Shown here one piece after another: positions 39,381 through 49,555 of a stretch of 64,000 nucleotides of DNA. Where the stretch lies: NCBI GenBank assembly GCA_965238075.1, contig OZ250173.1, positions 2,240,001 through 2,304,000 on the forward strand, given 5' to 3'. The position numbers and the translations under genes are program-made. The stretch's first letter is position 1; every line of letters starts with the position of its first letter. The notes under the pieces were generated by a model, which saw only the letters and a program-made list of their open reading frames with translations, made no database searches and had not been told where the DNA came from. The stretch comes from Candidatus Entotheonellaceae bacterium. GTDB taxonomy: Bacteria; Tectomicrobia; Entotheonellia; Entotheonellales; Entotheonellaceae.

Positions 39381-40874
39381 ATGAGTCACCATCATCATAT
39401 CCTGACCACGGCCGACGGTTCGCCCATTGCCGATAATCAAAACGCCCTGACCGCTGGGGCGCGCGGCCCGCTGCTCATGCAGGACGTGCAGCTTCTGGAG
39501 CAAATGCAGCATTTCAACCGCGAGCGCATCCCGGAGCGCGTGGTGCATGCGAAGGGCTCTGCGGCGTACGGCACCTTTACGGTCACCAACGACGTGACGC
39601 GCTACACGCGCGCCGCGTTTCTCTCCGAGGTCGGCAAGGAAACCGAGACGTTTCTGCGCTTTTCCACCGTGGCCGGCGAGCGCGGCGCGGCGGACGCGGA
39701 GCGCGACGTGCGCGGCTTTGCGCTGAAGTTTTACACCGAGCAGGGCAACTGGGACATGGTGGGCAACAACACCCCGGTGTTCTTCGTCCGCGACCCCTAC
39801 AAGTTCGCCCAGTTCATCCACACCCAGAAGCGCCATCCGCAAACGAACCTGCGCGACATGAATATGCAATGGGACTTCTGGTCCCTGTGCCCGGAATCCC
39901 TGCATCAGGTGACGATCCTCTTTTCGGACCGCGGCCTGCCCAGGTCGTACCGGCACCTCAACGGCTACGGCAGCCATACGTACAGCCTCATCAACGCGGC
40001 CGGCGAACGGGTGTGGTGCAAGTTCCATTTCAAGACGCTGCAGGGCATCGCGTGCCTCACTGACGCCGAGGCGGGCGCCTTGACGGCAAGGGACCGAGAG
40101 TCGCACCAGCGCGACCTCTTCGAGGCCATCGAGCGCGGTGATTTTCCGCGCTGGCGTTTCTCCATTCAGGTCATGACTGAGGCGCAGGCCGAGGCGTTTG
40201 CGTGGAATCCGTTTGATCTCACGAAGGTCTGGCCGCACGCGGACTTTCCGTTGATCGAGGTGGGTATTCTGGAACTCAACCGCAACCCGCAAAACTATTT
40301 CGCCGAGGTGGAGCAGGCGTCGTTCAGCCCCAGTGCGACCGTGCCCGGCATCAGCTGGAGCCCCGACAAAATGCTCCAGGCGCGCCTGATGAGCTACGCC
40401 GACGCCCACCGCTACCGGGTCGGCAACAACTATCAGCAGCTGCCGGTCAACCGCCCGCGCTGCCCGGTGATGCATTACCAGCGCGACGGCGTCATGTCGC
40501 TGGGACAGGGCGGCAGCGCCACCCATTACTTCCCCAACAGCGACGACACGGCACCGAAGGATCAACCGGAATACAAAGAGCCGGCGCTGCCGCTGGGCGA
40601 CGTGGCGGTGGACCGCTACGACTCGCGTGAAGATCATGACGATTTCACCCAGGCGGGCAATCTCTACCGCCTCATGCCGCCGGACGAGCAGGAGCGGTTG
40701 CACAAAGCCATCGCCGGGGCGCTCGGACAGGCAAGGCCGGATATCCAAATGCGCCAGCTCTGCCACTTCTTCCGGGCCGATACCGACTACGGACGCGGGG
40801 TGGCGCAAGCGCTCGGTCTGGACATCACGGAGATCGAATCGAGGCTGGTGGCGGATGCCATGGCCCTGGTCTAG
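39381..40874 (+). CDS. katA: Monofunctional heme catalase (small subunit)
   Basis: [52 protein letters not shown]. Confidence 0.96.
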   Translation: MSHHHHILTTADGSPIADNQNALTAGARGPLLMQDVQLLEQMQHFNRERIPERVVHAKGSAAYGTFTVTNDVTRYTRAAFLSEVGKETETFLRFSTVAGERGAADAERDVRGFALKFYTEQGNWDMVGNNTPVFFVRDPYKFAQFIHTQKRHPQTNLRDMNMQWDFWSLCPESLHQVTILFSDRGLPRSYRHLNGYGSHTYSLINAAGERVWCKFHFKTLQGIACLTDAEAGALTARDRESHQRDLFEAIERGDFPRWRFSIQVMTEAQAEAFAWNPFDLTKVWPHADFPLIEVGILELNRNPQNYFAEVEQASFSPSATVPGISWSPDKMLQARLMSYADAHRYRVGNNYQQLPVNRPRCPVMHYQRDGVMSLGQGGSATHYFPNSDDTAPKDQPEYKEPALPLGDVAVDRYDSREDHDDFTQAGNLYRLMPPDEQERLHKAIAGALGQARPDIQMRQLCHFFRADTDYGRGVAQALGLDITEIESRLVADAMALV

Positions 40875-41022
40875 GGAGGTGTGAGCAGGTCGCCAAAACG
40901 CGACCGGGTTCCGTATGAATAGCCGATGCCTTCTGTTGGCCAGCCCGGGACACGACCTCTCCGCCGGGATAAGGTAAATTGGCCGACAGGGGTTAGCATC
41001 GGTGGAACTTCATCGGACCTCT

Positions 41023-42024
41023 CTAGCCTCGGCTTGGCGAGTCGTCCGGTGCCCCAGCGCCGGACGACTCGGGCGTTCCCGACGACGCGATCAATTCCAC
41101 CCCGTGGGGCGCACAGCGTTTGATCAGCTCGGCGAACGCCCGCACCATCTCCATGCGGGGAAAGCCTCGCCGCGCGGCCAGGCCAATCGTGCGGTAGGGG
41201 ACCGGAGCCGCGAAGGAGCGCAGTTCGATCAGCTCCTTGCTAGCAAGCTTTGTGCTGGCCAGCTTTGTCCCGCCCACCCCGGCGGCGTTGGCGGCCAACG
41301 CCGGCAGGAGCGTGCAGCCCACGCCGGCCGCCACCATCTGCCGCAGCGTCTCCAGGCTGCTGGCGCGGAAATCTTCGGCGCCGCGCGGTTGCGGCAAGCC
41401 GCAGACCGCCAGGGCCTGGTCGCGCAGGCAATGCCCGTCTTCGAGCAACAACAGCGGTACACCCACCAGATCCGTTTCCATCACCTCCGACTTGCCGGCC
41501 AGCGGGCTGTCCTTTGGCAGCGCCATCACGAACGGTTCCCGGAACAGCTCGATGAGTTCCAGCCCGTCGGTCTGAATGGGCAACGCCAACAGGATCGCGT
41601 CCAGCAATCCGGTGCGCAGCCGCTCGATCAGATTGGCGGTCAGATCCTCTCTCAGATACAAGCTCAGGTCTGGATAATCCGTGCGCAGCTGGGGCACGAG
41701 ATGGGGCAGGAGATAAGGTCCCAAGGTGGGGATGACGCCGAGCCGCAGCGGCCCGGCCATCGGGTCGAGGGCCTGGTGCGCCATTTGGCGAAGCTTCTCC
41801 GCTTCCTCTAACACGATCCGCGCCTGCGCAATCAACTCAACACCCGCTGATGTCGGCATGACGCGCTTGTTGGTGCGCTCGAACAGGGCGAGGCCCAACT
41901 CCTCTTCGAGCTTCTTGATCTGCGTGCTCAACGTCGGCTGGCTGACGTGGCAGGCTTCCGCGGCGCGCGCGAAATTTCGGGTCTCCGCCAGCGTCACGAC
42001 GTAACGCAAGTCCTGCAATGTCAT
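41023..42024 (-). CDS. oxyR: Hydrogen-peroxide sensor OxyR (LysR family)
   Basis: LysR HTH (ACHVSQPTLS.QIKKLEEELG), redox cysteines in DGHCLRDQALAVC, SSLETLRQMV; AAGGAG RBS. Confidence 0.92.
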   Translation of the reverse strand: MTLQDLRYVVTLAETRNFARAAEACHVSQPTLSTQIKKLEEELGLALFERTNKRVMPTSAGVELIAQARIVLEEAEKLRQMAHQALDPMAGPLRLGVIPTLGPYLLPHLVPQLRTDYPDLSLYLREDLTANLIERLRTGLLDAILLALPIQTDGLELIELFREPFVMALPKDSPLAGKSEVMETDLVGVPLLLLEDGHCLRDQALAVCGLPQPRGAEDFRASSLETLRQMVAAGVGCTLLPALAANAAGVGGTKLASTKLASKELIELRSFAAPVPYRTIGLAARRGFPRMEMVRAFAELIKRCAPHGVELIASSGTPESSGAGAPDDSPSRG

Positions 42025-42040
42025 TGCCATCTCCTTTTGC

Positions 42041-42235
42041 GTAGGTCGGATTAGAGAATTTTCGGTTCTGAATGAACCAACCAACGCCCAAAGTGTCATT
42101 CCGGTCTTGACCCGGAATCCAGTGACCCTGGAACAGTCCGGGCCAGTTTTTTATCCCAGACGAACTTCTGGACTCCGGCTTTCGCCGGAGTGATCTTGAG
42201 CCGTTATGATCCGAAGGAGCTCTAATCCGGCCTAC
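42041..42235. repeat. GTAG-ended inverted-repeat element enclosing CGTC double-hairpin copy 5 (42095-42194, minus)
   Basis: GTAGGTCGGATTAGAG (42041-42056) versus CTCTAATCCGGCCTAC (42220-42235); inner GTCATTCCGGTCTTGACCCGGAATCCAG ... CTGGACTCCGGCTTTCGCCGGAGTGAT. Confidence 0.85.
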
Positions 42236-42250
42236 TTTCCATCAATCCCG

Positions 42251-44011
42251 TTACCTCCCAACAACTCCCCCATCAGGCGCCAGCTCCTGCGTCCGGAATT
42301 GCAGGTCGTACAGGCGGCGGTAGGGGCCGGACGCGGCGAGGAGGTCGTCGTGGCAGCCGCGTTCGACGATGCGGCCCTCGTGGAGGACGACGATGAGGTC
42401 GGCGTGGCGAACGGTGGAGAGGCGATGGGCGATGATAAAGGTGGTGCGGTCCTTCATGAGGTTTTCGAGGGCGTGTTGCACCATGCGTTCAGCGGCGCTG
42501 TCGAGGGCGGAGGTGGCCTCGTCGAGGATGAGGATCGGGGCGTTGCGCAGCAGGGCGCGGGCGATGGCCAGGCGTTGTTTTTCGCCGCCGGAGAACTTGA
42601 CGCCGCGTTCACCGATCTTCGTGTCGTAGCCGTCCGGCAGTTGCGTTACGAAGTCGTGCGCGTAGGCCGCGTGGGCGGCTGCGATGACTTGCTCATCGTC
42701 GGCCTGCGGGTCGCCGTACAGAATGTTGCGCCGCACGGTGTCGTCGAACAGGATGACATCCTGCGAGACGACGCCAATCTGTGACCGCAGCGACGCCAGG
42801 GACACCTCCCGGATATCCCGCCCGTCAATGGTGATGCAGCCGCTCTCCGGCTCGTAAAAACGCGGGATCAGGTGCACCAGCGACGTCTTGCCGCCGCCGC
42901 TTGTGCCGACTAGTGCCACGACGCTGCCTACCGGCACCTCCAGCGACACGTTGTCGAGCGCCAGGGCCGCGTTGGGTTCGTAGCGCATCGACACGTTGTT
43001 GAACGCCAGCCCGTGCCGGATCGACGTCAGCGCCGGCGTGCCGTTTTCTTCCACCGCCTCGCCCGGCGCGTCCAGCAGGCCGAAGACCCGCCCCGCCGCG
43101 GCCAGGGCGTTCTGGATGGTGCTGTTGATCCGGCTCAATCGCCGCACCGGCTCGTAAATCATGAAGATAGCCGTCAGGAACGAGAAGAACGTGCCCGGCG
43201 TCGTCGTGCCGGCGATGACCTGCGAGCCGCCGTACCAGACCACCGCCGCGACCCCCACCGCGGCCAGGAACTCCATGATCGGCGAGCGCATCTCGTCGGT
43301 GCGCACCGACCGCAACATGACATTGTAGTACGCCTCGTTGCCGTGCCGGAAGCGCGCGTTTTCGTAGCCCTCGCGCCCGAAGCCCTTGACCACCCGGATG
43401 TTGCCCAACACCTCCGCCACCAGCGCGTTCAGGGCGCCGAGGTGCTCCTGCGCCCGCCGGCTCAGCCGCCGCAGGGCGCGCCCGAGTTGCACGATGCACA
43501 GGCAGGCGAACGGCAGCACCAGCAAGGCCCACGTCGCCAGCACCCAGTCGCGGTAGAGGGCCACGCCGATCAGCGCCAGCAGCGTCAGGCCCTGCCGCAG
43601 ACCCGTGGACACCGCATCGGTGACGGCGCGCTCGATCAGCGTGACGTCGTGCATGATCTGCGACATCAGCACCCCGGTATGCTGGCGATTGAAATACGTC
43701 ATCGGCAGCCCCTGCAGGTGCGCAAACATCTGCTGCCGCAGGTCGCGGATGACCCGCTGCCCGACCGACCGCATCAGGTACGCCTGCCCGTACAGCAGAA
43801 AGCCCCGCGCGATGTACAGCAACATCACCAGCAGCGGAAAGAACGCCAGCCGTGTGGTATCGCGCGCCACGAAAATCTCGTCCAGAATCGGCTTCACCAG
43901 CAGCGCCGCGTAACCCGTTGTGCCCGACACGGCCACACTGCACAGGATGGCCGCCATCAGCCGGTGCCGATACGGATAAACGTATGACAAAAGGCGTCGG
44001 TACAGGGTCAT
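42251..44011 (-). CDS. msbA: Lipid A/LPS flippase ABC transporter MsbA
   Basis: TM domain plus GTSGGGKTS, FSGGEKQRLAIARA, ILILDEATSALD, IAHRLST; downstream of lptD. Confidence 0.88.
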   Translation of the reverse strand: MTLYRRLLSYVYPYRHRLMAAILCSVAVSGTTGYAALLVKPILDEIFVARDTTRLAFFPLLVMLLYIARGFLLYGQAYLMRSVGQRVIRDLRQQMFAHLQGLPMTYFNRQHTGVLMSQIMHDVTLIERAVTDAVSTGLRQGLTLLALIGVALYRDWVLATWALLVLPFACLCIVQLGRALRRLSRRAQEHLGALNALVAEVLGNIRVVKGFGREGYENARFRHGNEAYYNVMLRSVRTDEMRSPIMEFLAAVGVAAVVWYGGSQVIAGTTTPGTFFSFLTAIFMIYEPVRRLSRINSTIQNALAAAGRVFGLLDAPGEAVEENGTPALTSIRHGLAFNNVSMRYEPNAALALDNVSLEVPVGSVVALVGTSGGGKTSLVHLIPRFYEPESGCITIDGRDIREVSLASLRSQIGVVSQDVILFDDTVRRNILYGDPQADDEQVIAAAHAAYAHDFVTQLPDGYDTKIGERGVKFSGGEKQRLAIARALLRNAPILILDEATSALDSAAERMVQHALENLMKDRTTFIIAHRLSTVRHADLIVVLHEGRIVERGCHDDLLAASGPYRRLYDLQFRTQELAPDGGVVGR

Positions 44012-44027
44012 CAATCAGCCCGTCCAT

Positions 44028-46118
44028 TCAGAAATACAAGAGATTCGCTTCCACCAGGAACGTCCGGTCGCCATTGTGGCGCAGGCGCAGGCTACCATTG
44101 ATGCTCCAGCACTGAGCCTGGTAGAGCAGGGTGGTGACGTGGTCACGGAACTGGCCCCGTGAGCCGTTGTAGCGGGTGTTGTAACCCATTTTGAGCCCCT
44201 TGAACACCGACACGCTGATGCCGCCGATGACGTAGAGCACCTTCGGGTTCCGACGGTAGTTGCTATGCAGGAAGAGCGATCTGCCGTGCGGCAGGTTGAC
44301 GGCGATCCGCCAGTTGGCCGTTTGCAATTCGCCCGTCTGCGGTGCCACGCGCAGCACCGATTCCAGCGACCAGAACCGCCACAGACGCACGCCCACGTCG
44401 ATGTCCAGTGGTCCCATCTCCCCTGCATGTTCACCAGGATTACCGTCTCCGACATGAAAACCCTGCACGATGATCAGATGGGCCGCCTCGCGTATCTGCC
44501 CCGCTCCGTTGCGGGCAAAAAAGCGGTTGGACAGCCGTAGCTTGACGTAGTTTGCCGGGCCGATGCGGTCCAGCAGGGTCAGTGTTTCCAGTGGATCGAG
44601 AACGTGCTCGTTGGCGTCGAGGGTTTCGTAAGCCGGCAAGTCGTCTTGATCCACCTCGGGAACGTACCGGTAATCCAGCCCCGTTGCCAACAGGTGGATC
44701 AAGGCGCCGCCGCTGCGCGTGTAGCGCCGCTGCCAGGCGGGTCCTTCCACCGCGGCGCGCACGTCGACAACGGTCCGGGACGCCTCGCCCTCCGCCATTC
44801 CCTCGCGCTGGTAATACGTCTGCCGCAGCCCGGCGCTGCCGGTGATCTGCAGCCACGGCGCCACCCGCAGCGGCACGCTGAGTTGCGGAAATAGGTCGAA
44901 ACGCTGCACGACCGCGTTGTCGCGTATGGTGGACGCCCGCATCCGGTCGGCCGCGGCGCTTACCGAGAAGTAGGCCCGTCCCAGCAGCGGGGTCAGAAAC
45001 TGCTCCAGGTGCAGGCTCGGCAGGCGTGCGAACGTCTCGTCGCTGCCGCTGTCCGGGATACCCTCGAAGGCGTCCGCCTGCAGCGTCACGCGGCTGTTGG
45101 CGAAGCGCTTGCTGAGGCTGGCGAACGACGCGGTATGCGTCGTGGATTCTTGCTGAATGTTACGCGCAAAGCGCCGCTGAATGTCGCGCTCACTGCGCAA
45201 GTCAAGCTGCGTGACGCCGTTGATGCCCCAACCGAATGTCTGCCGCTGTTGCAGGAAGATTTGCCACAGGTCCTCGCCCGTTCTGCGGTCGTGAATGAAG
45301 CTGCTCTGCGCCTGCCCATCGGACTGCGGATCGAGGCTGTAGCGGTACTCCACGTACGGCCGGTAACCGCGCTCGCCAAAGTATTCGAGGCCAAACGTGC
45401 TGTCCATCCACTCCGTCATGGCCCAGAAAAACTCGCCCCTGACGACGGCCCCGTGGTTGCTGTCGCTGCCCAGATGCGGCGGCAGGAAGCCGGTGGTGCG
45501 CTCGTCCCGGTAGGGGAAGACGGCGTACGGCAGGTAGAACACCGGCACGCCCTTGATGCGAAAGGACGGGTGCTGCAGGGTCACGTAATTGCCCGCGCCG
45601 AGGCGGGCCTGCCGGGCGCGAAACTCCCAGGCGGGGACCCGCCCGGTGCACGTCGTGAGCCGACCGCGCCGTGCCACAAAGCGCTGCGGTCCGAGGCGTT
45701 CCAGACGCTCGCTGCTGACGCGATACGTGTTGCCGATGAGGCCGCTGGCGTCGTAAGCCAGGCCGCGCTCGTTGGTGAGATCGAAGTCCATCCGCGACGC
45801 CCGCAGCTGGTCCTCGGGGGTGGACAGCCGCACGTCGCCCGTGGCGGTGCCGACGCCGCTTTCCGTGTCCATTTCCAGGCGGTCGGCCAGCAGCAGCGTG
45901 TCGCCATAGACCACCGACACCTTGCCGGTCGCCTCCAGCCGGTTCTCGGCTTCAAAGTATTCCAGCTTCTGCGCCTGCAGGATGATTCCCGGGTCTTGTG
46001 TGCGGCCGGCGGGTGCCATGCACGGCTGCTCGGTAGGTGTCTGGCAATCAGCGGGGAGGAGACAGCACGTCAGCAACCAAAGCAGGGTTGCAACGGCGGA
46101 TAAACGGGGTTTTCTCAT
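44028..46118 (-). CDS. lptD: LPS-assembly outer-membrane protein LptD
   Basis: Signal peptide, OstA-like N-terminus, LTTC...PAW, VPVFYLPY...R.TGFLPP, C-terminal YQAQCW barrel end. Confidence 0.88.
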   Translation of the reverse strand: MRKPRLSAVATLLWLLTCCLLPADCQTPTEQPCMAPAGRTQDPGIILQAQKLEYFEAENRLEATGKVSVVYGDTLLLADRLEMDTESGVGTATGDVRLSTPEDQLRASRMDFDLTNERGLAYDASGLIGNTYRVSSERLERLGPQRFVARRGRLTTCTGRVPAWEFRARQARLGAGNYVTLQHPSFRIKGVPVFYLPYAVFPYRDERTTGFLPPHLGSDSNHGAVVRGEFFWAMTEWMDSTFGLEYFGERGYRPYVEYRYSLDPQSDGQAQSSFIHDRRTGEDLWQIFLQQRQTFGWGINGVTQLDLRSERDIQRRFARNIQQESTTHTASFASLSKRFANSRVTLQADAFEGIPDSGSDETFARLPSLHLEQFLTPLLGRAYFSVSAAADRMRASTIRDNAVVQRFDLFPQLSVPLRVAPWLQITGSAGLRQTYYQREGMAEGEASRTVVDVRAAVEGPAWQRRYTRSGGALIHLLATGLDYRYVPEVDQDDLPAYETLDANEHVLDPLETLTLLDRIGPANYVKLRLSNRFFARNGAGQIREAAHLIIVQGFHVGDGNPGEHAGEMGPLDIDVGVRLWRFWSLESVLRVAPQTGELQTANWRIAVNLPHGRSLFLHSNYRRNPKVLYVIGGISVSVFKGLKMGYNTRYNGSRGQFRDHVTTLLYQAQCWSINGSLRLRHNGDRTFLVEANLLYF

Positions 46119-46338
46119 GACCCTTCTCGGAAGGCGTGGCGGCGGGAAGACGGCATCTGAAGCGGATACTATATACTATTAAGTGCTGATCAGCGCTTTC
46201 AGGCAAGGTAGAAACGTCGCCGATTGAATTCCATGAAGAATAGAGCATCCAGACCATATAGCCGAGGACTTGGCGAGGGAACCCAGGCGTTCGCTCAATG
46301 GCACTTGGCCGCTATCCGCCCTGATGTATCTTGCGCGT

Positions 46339-46428
46339 GTGTCCCACATCCATGTAAACATCGACGACGAAGCTTGTGCGGAGGACCGGCTGGCGACGAA
46401 GCGCGAGGCGATCAACTTCGCGTTGCGG
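46339..46428 (+). pseudogene. Remnant of a VapB-type (RHH) antitoxin
   Basis: VSHIHVNIDDEACAE-DRLATKREAINFALR resembles RTNI.IDD......TKREA(V/I)N.ALR antitoxins with an internal deletion; no toxin follows. Confidence 0.55.
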
Positions 46429-46492
46429 TCCGGCCTACATTCTTTCCGCAATTTCCCCGCCATTCAGTTCCCAAAACCCATCGGAGAGAACC

Positions 46493-47359
46493 ATGCCAGT
46501 GCTCAGAAGCCTGCTGTTCGTTCCGGGCAACCGCGCCAACATGCTGCAAAAGGCGATGGGCAGCGCCCCGGACGCCTTCATTCCCGACCTGGAGGACTCC
46601 GTTCCCGCCGACGAGAAAACGCAGGCTCGCAACGTGACGGCGTCGTTTCTGCCGCAACTCGCCCAAGCCGGACCGCGGGTCATCCCGCGCGTCAATTCTC
46701 TGGATACCGGCCTGTTGGAGGAGGACTTGGCAGCGGTTGTCGGCCCACACGTTTATGGCGTTTCGGTGGGCAAAATTTCCACCCCTGCGGACGTGGCGGC
46801 GGTGGACGGCGTGTTGGAGAAGCTTGAAGCCAAGGCCGGTCTGCAGCGCGGCCACGTCAAGCTGGTGCCGTGGATCGAGACGGCGCTGGCCATCGTCAAG
46901 GCCTACGACATCTGCACGGCGTCGCCGCGCATCGTCGGGGTGGCGTTCGGGGCGGAGGACCTGACGCACGACATGGGCATCGAACGCAGCGAGGACGACG
47001 CCGAGGTGGCGTATTCGCGCAACGTCATGTGCGTAGCGGCACGGGCCGCCGGGGTGCTGGCGCTGGATACGCCGTACTTTGGTTTCCGCGATCCTGAAGG
47101 GCTGAAGCGCAACGCACAGGCTTCCCGCAAGATCGGCTTCAAGGGCAAGTTCGCCATTCATCCGGCGCAGGTGGACCTTATCAACGCCGCCTTTTCGCCC
47201 TCCGATGCCGAGGTAGCGCACGCCCGCCGCGTGGTGGCGGCTTTCGAGGAGGCCGAGCGGCAGGGCAGGGGATCAACGTCGCTGGACGGCCAGGTAGTGG
47301 ACGTGCCGGTGGTGAAGCGCGCCCGCGCCCTGCTGGAAGTGGCGGACAGCCTGAGGTGA
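46493..47359 (+). CDS. CitE/HpcH-HpaI family CoA-ester lyase
   Basis: LRSLLFVPGNR, DLEDSV, RVN, IETA, FGAEDL, GFKGKFAIHPAQV. Confidence 0.92.
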   Translation: MPVLRSLLFVPGNRANMLQKAMGSAPDAFIPDLEDSVPADEKTQARNVTASFLPQLAQAGPRVIPRVNSLDTGLLEEDLAAVVGPHVYGVSVGKISTPADVAAVDGVLEKLEAKAGLQRGHVKLVPWIETALAIVKAYDICTASPRIVGVAFGAEDLTHDMGIERSEDDAEVAYSRNVMCVAARAAGVLALDTPYFGFRDPEGLKRNAQASRKIGFKGKFAIHPAQVDLINAAFSPSDAEVAHARRVVAAFEEAERQGRGSTSLDGQVVDVPVVKRARALLEVADSLR

Positions 47360-47366
47360 GGGCGGC

Positions 47367-47825
47367 TTATTCGAAGCCCTTCTCGGCGAGCCTTTCCTGC
47401 ACGGCGCGGGCGAATTCCCGGCCCCAGATCTCACCGGCGGTCCGACTTTCGTGGTGCATCTGCGGCATGACGGCCAGCAGTTTGCGGCCGACCGGCGTTT
47501 CGTAGAACGCGATTAGATCCTCGATGTCCGCGTGCGTCAGGTGCTTGTCGTAAATCGGCACCAGCATTTCCATGACGAAGGCATCCACCTTCGTTTCCGC
47601 CTCGCTGATCATCTCCATCCACACCGCCTCGGGCACATCGCTGTGCGCGCGTTGGAACATGCCGATGACTTGGCTGAACACCCGCAGGCCGGTGTTGGAG
47701 GCGCCGGTGATGCCGAGCAGTCTCTTGATGTCGGCTTGCTTGGCTGTGGTTTCCTCCTGCCCGTAGACCGAGCCGAAGCCGAGTCCCAGCACCAGCGCCA
47801 GGACCACGAAATAGGAACGCTTCAT
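47367..47825 (-). CDS. Exported DUF2059-domain protein
   Basis: Signal peptide; IYDKHLT..DI..LIAFYETPVGRKL. Confidence 0.85.
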   Translation of the reverse strand: MKRSYFVVLALVLGLGFGSVYGQEETTAKQADIKRLLGITGASNTGLRVFSQVIGMFQRAHSDVPEAVWMEMISEAETKVDAFVMEMLVPIYDKHLTHADIEDLIAFYETPVGRKLLAVMPQMHHESRTAGEIWGREFARAVQERLAEKGFE

Positions 47826-48007
47826 GTAACCTTTCCCTTCTGAGCGCCGCGGCCCCCGCAGATCGGGGCGTAGGCGTTCGGTTTTGATTCGTACGCTGCA
47901 TCAACGGCGTCCTTCGCATGCCGGACGCCGCCACCCCTCCCAGTTGTGGGAACCGCCCGACCCTGCCTTGCATAAGGTATTGAAATCCATTGAGTTTGTA
48001 CACGCGC

Positions 48008-48037
48008 TTGTCAAGGGGCCATGGCCCAAAGTAGAAT
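48008..48037 (+). promoter_or_regulatory. Possible sigma70 promoter for the aminotransferase gene
   Basis: TTGTCA-18 nt-TAGAAT. Confidence 0.45.
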
Positions 48038-48087
48038 GCCCCGTTTGCTCGGCATCGTATCAGCCCTGACAGGGAGCATCAGGCTCT

Positions 48088-49332
48088 ATGGCTCACTTGG
48101 CAATCGCGGGTGGGACAGCGCTGCGACAGGCGCCTTTTCCAGCTTGGCCGGTCTGGGATCAAAGCGACGTGCAGGCGCTGCAGCGGGTGTTGCAAAGTGG
48201 CCGTTGGGACGCCCTCAAGGGCGAGGAAGTGAGTCACTTCGAGGCCGAATTCGCCGCCTACCAAGGCGCGGCGCACGGCGTGGCGGTGACCAACGGCACG
48301 GTTGCCCTCAAGCTGGCGCTTGTCGCCGCCGGGGTGGGGCCGGGCGACGAAGTGATCGTGCCGGGCTACACCTTTATCGCCACCGCCACCGCTGCCCTGG
48401 AACTTGGCGCCATTCCCATCTTTGCCGACGTCGATCCGCAGACCTACACCCTTGATCCCGACAGTGTGGCGGCGAATATCACCCCCCGCACGCGCGCCAT
48501 TGTGCCCGTACACCTCGGCGGTTGCCCGGCGGACATGGACGGCCTGCTGGCCCTGGCCCGGCGGCATGGGCTCGCCGTGGTGGAAGACGCGGCGCAAGCC
48601 TGGGGCGCCTCGTGGAAAGGCTGTCGCGTCGGCACCCTCGGGCAGTGTGGCATCGTCAGCTTTCACGCCTCGAAGAACCTCACCGCCGGCGAGGGCGGCA
48701 TGGTGCTTTGCAACGACCCCGACATCGCCGCGCTGGTCCGTTCGCTGAGCAATTGCGGCCGCCAGCCCGACGGACTGTGGTACGCCCACTACCTGCTGGG
48801 CGGCAACTACCGCCTCAGCGAGTTCCAGGGCGCTGTTCTGCGCAGCCAGTTGCAGCGCTATCCCGAGCAGTTCGCCCGTCGCCAGGCCAACGCCGCCTAC
48901 CTCACCGAGGCGCTGGCAGCCATTGACGGCGTCACCTCGCTTTCCGCCGACCCCCGCGTCACCGCCAACGCCTACCACATGTACTTCCTGAAATACGATA
49001 ACGAGCGCTTCGGCGGCATCGGCAAACTGCGCTTCATCGCCGCTATGCGGGCCGAGGGCATCACCGACGTGCACGCCGGGTACTCGTTGCCCGCTTACCG
49101 TCAGCCTGTTATGCTGGCCAAAAATTTCGGTCTGGCCAAACCGCCGTTTCTCAACGGGTCGCACGCGGCAGTGCCGGACTACGGCGCCGTGGCCTGCCCG
49201 GTCACGGAATACGCCTGTGACCACGAGGCGTTGTGGCTACGGCAGAACGTGCTGCTGGGTGAGCGGCGCGACATGGACGACATCGTGGCCGCGATGGACA
49301 AAATTCAACGCCATTTGGATGAAGTCCCGTAA
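48088..49332 (+). CDS. DegT/DnrJ/EryC1/StrS PLP aminotransferase
   Basis: NGTVAL, GDEVIVP.YTF.AT, EDAAQAWG, SFHASKNLTAGEGG, NYRLSEFQ. Confidence 0.93.
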   Translation: MAHLAIAGGTALRQAPFPAWPVWDQSDVQALQRVLQSGRWDALKGEEVSHFEAEFAAYQGAAHGVAVTNGTVALKLALVAAGVGPGDEVIVPGYTFIATATAALELGAIPIFADVDPQTYTLDPDSVAANITPRTRAIVPVHLGGCPADMDGLLALARRHGLAVVEDAAQAWGASWKGCRVGTLGQCGIVSFHASKNLTAGEGGMVLCNDPDIAALVRSLSNCGRQPDGLWYAHYLLGGNYRLSEFQGAVLRSQLQRYPEQFARRQANAAYLTEALAAIDGVTSLSADPRVTANAYHMYFLKYDNERFGGIGKLRFIAAMRAEGITDVHAGYSLPAYRQPVMLAKNFGLAKPPFLNGSHAAVPDYGAVACPVTEYACDHEALWLRQNVLLGERRDMDDIVAAMDKIQRHLDEVP

Positions 49333-49383
49333 CTGCTGCCGAATTACCGGCCCTACAGGCCGCGTAAATAACGAAAATGATAC

Positions 49384-49485
49384 CGTCACCCCGGCGAAAG
49401 CCGGGGTCCAGGGTTTTTGACGGACTATAAGCCTGCTCCGGGCTGGAACCAAGGTCGCTGGATTCCGGCATGTGCCGGAATGACG
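49384..49485 (+). repeat. CGTC-type double-hairpin element, copy 6
   Basis: CGTCACCCCGGCGAAAGCCGGGGTCCAG ... CTGGATTCCGGCATGTGCCGGAATGACG. Confidence 0.9.
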
Positions 49486-49555
49486 ATTTGGGGGCTTTTT
49501 GGATGTCTATTCTCCCAATAAGGGTGCTTATACCCGCACGGGCGGAGCGAGGCGC

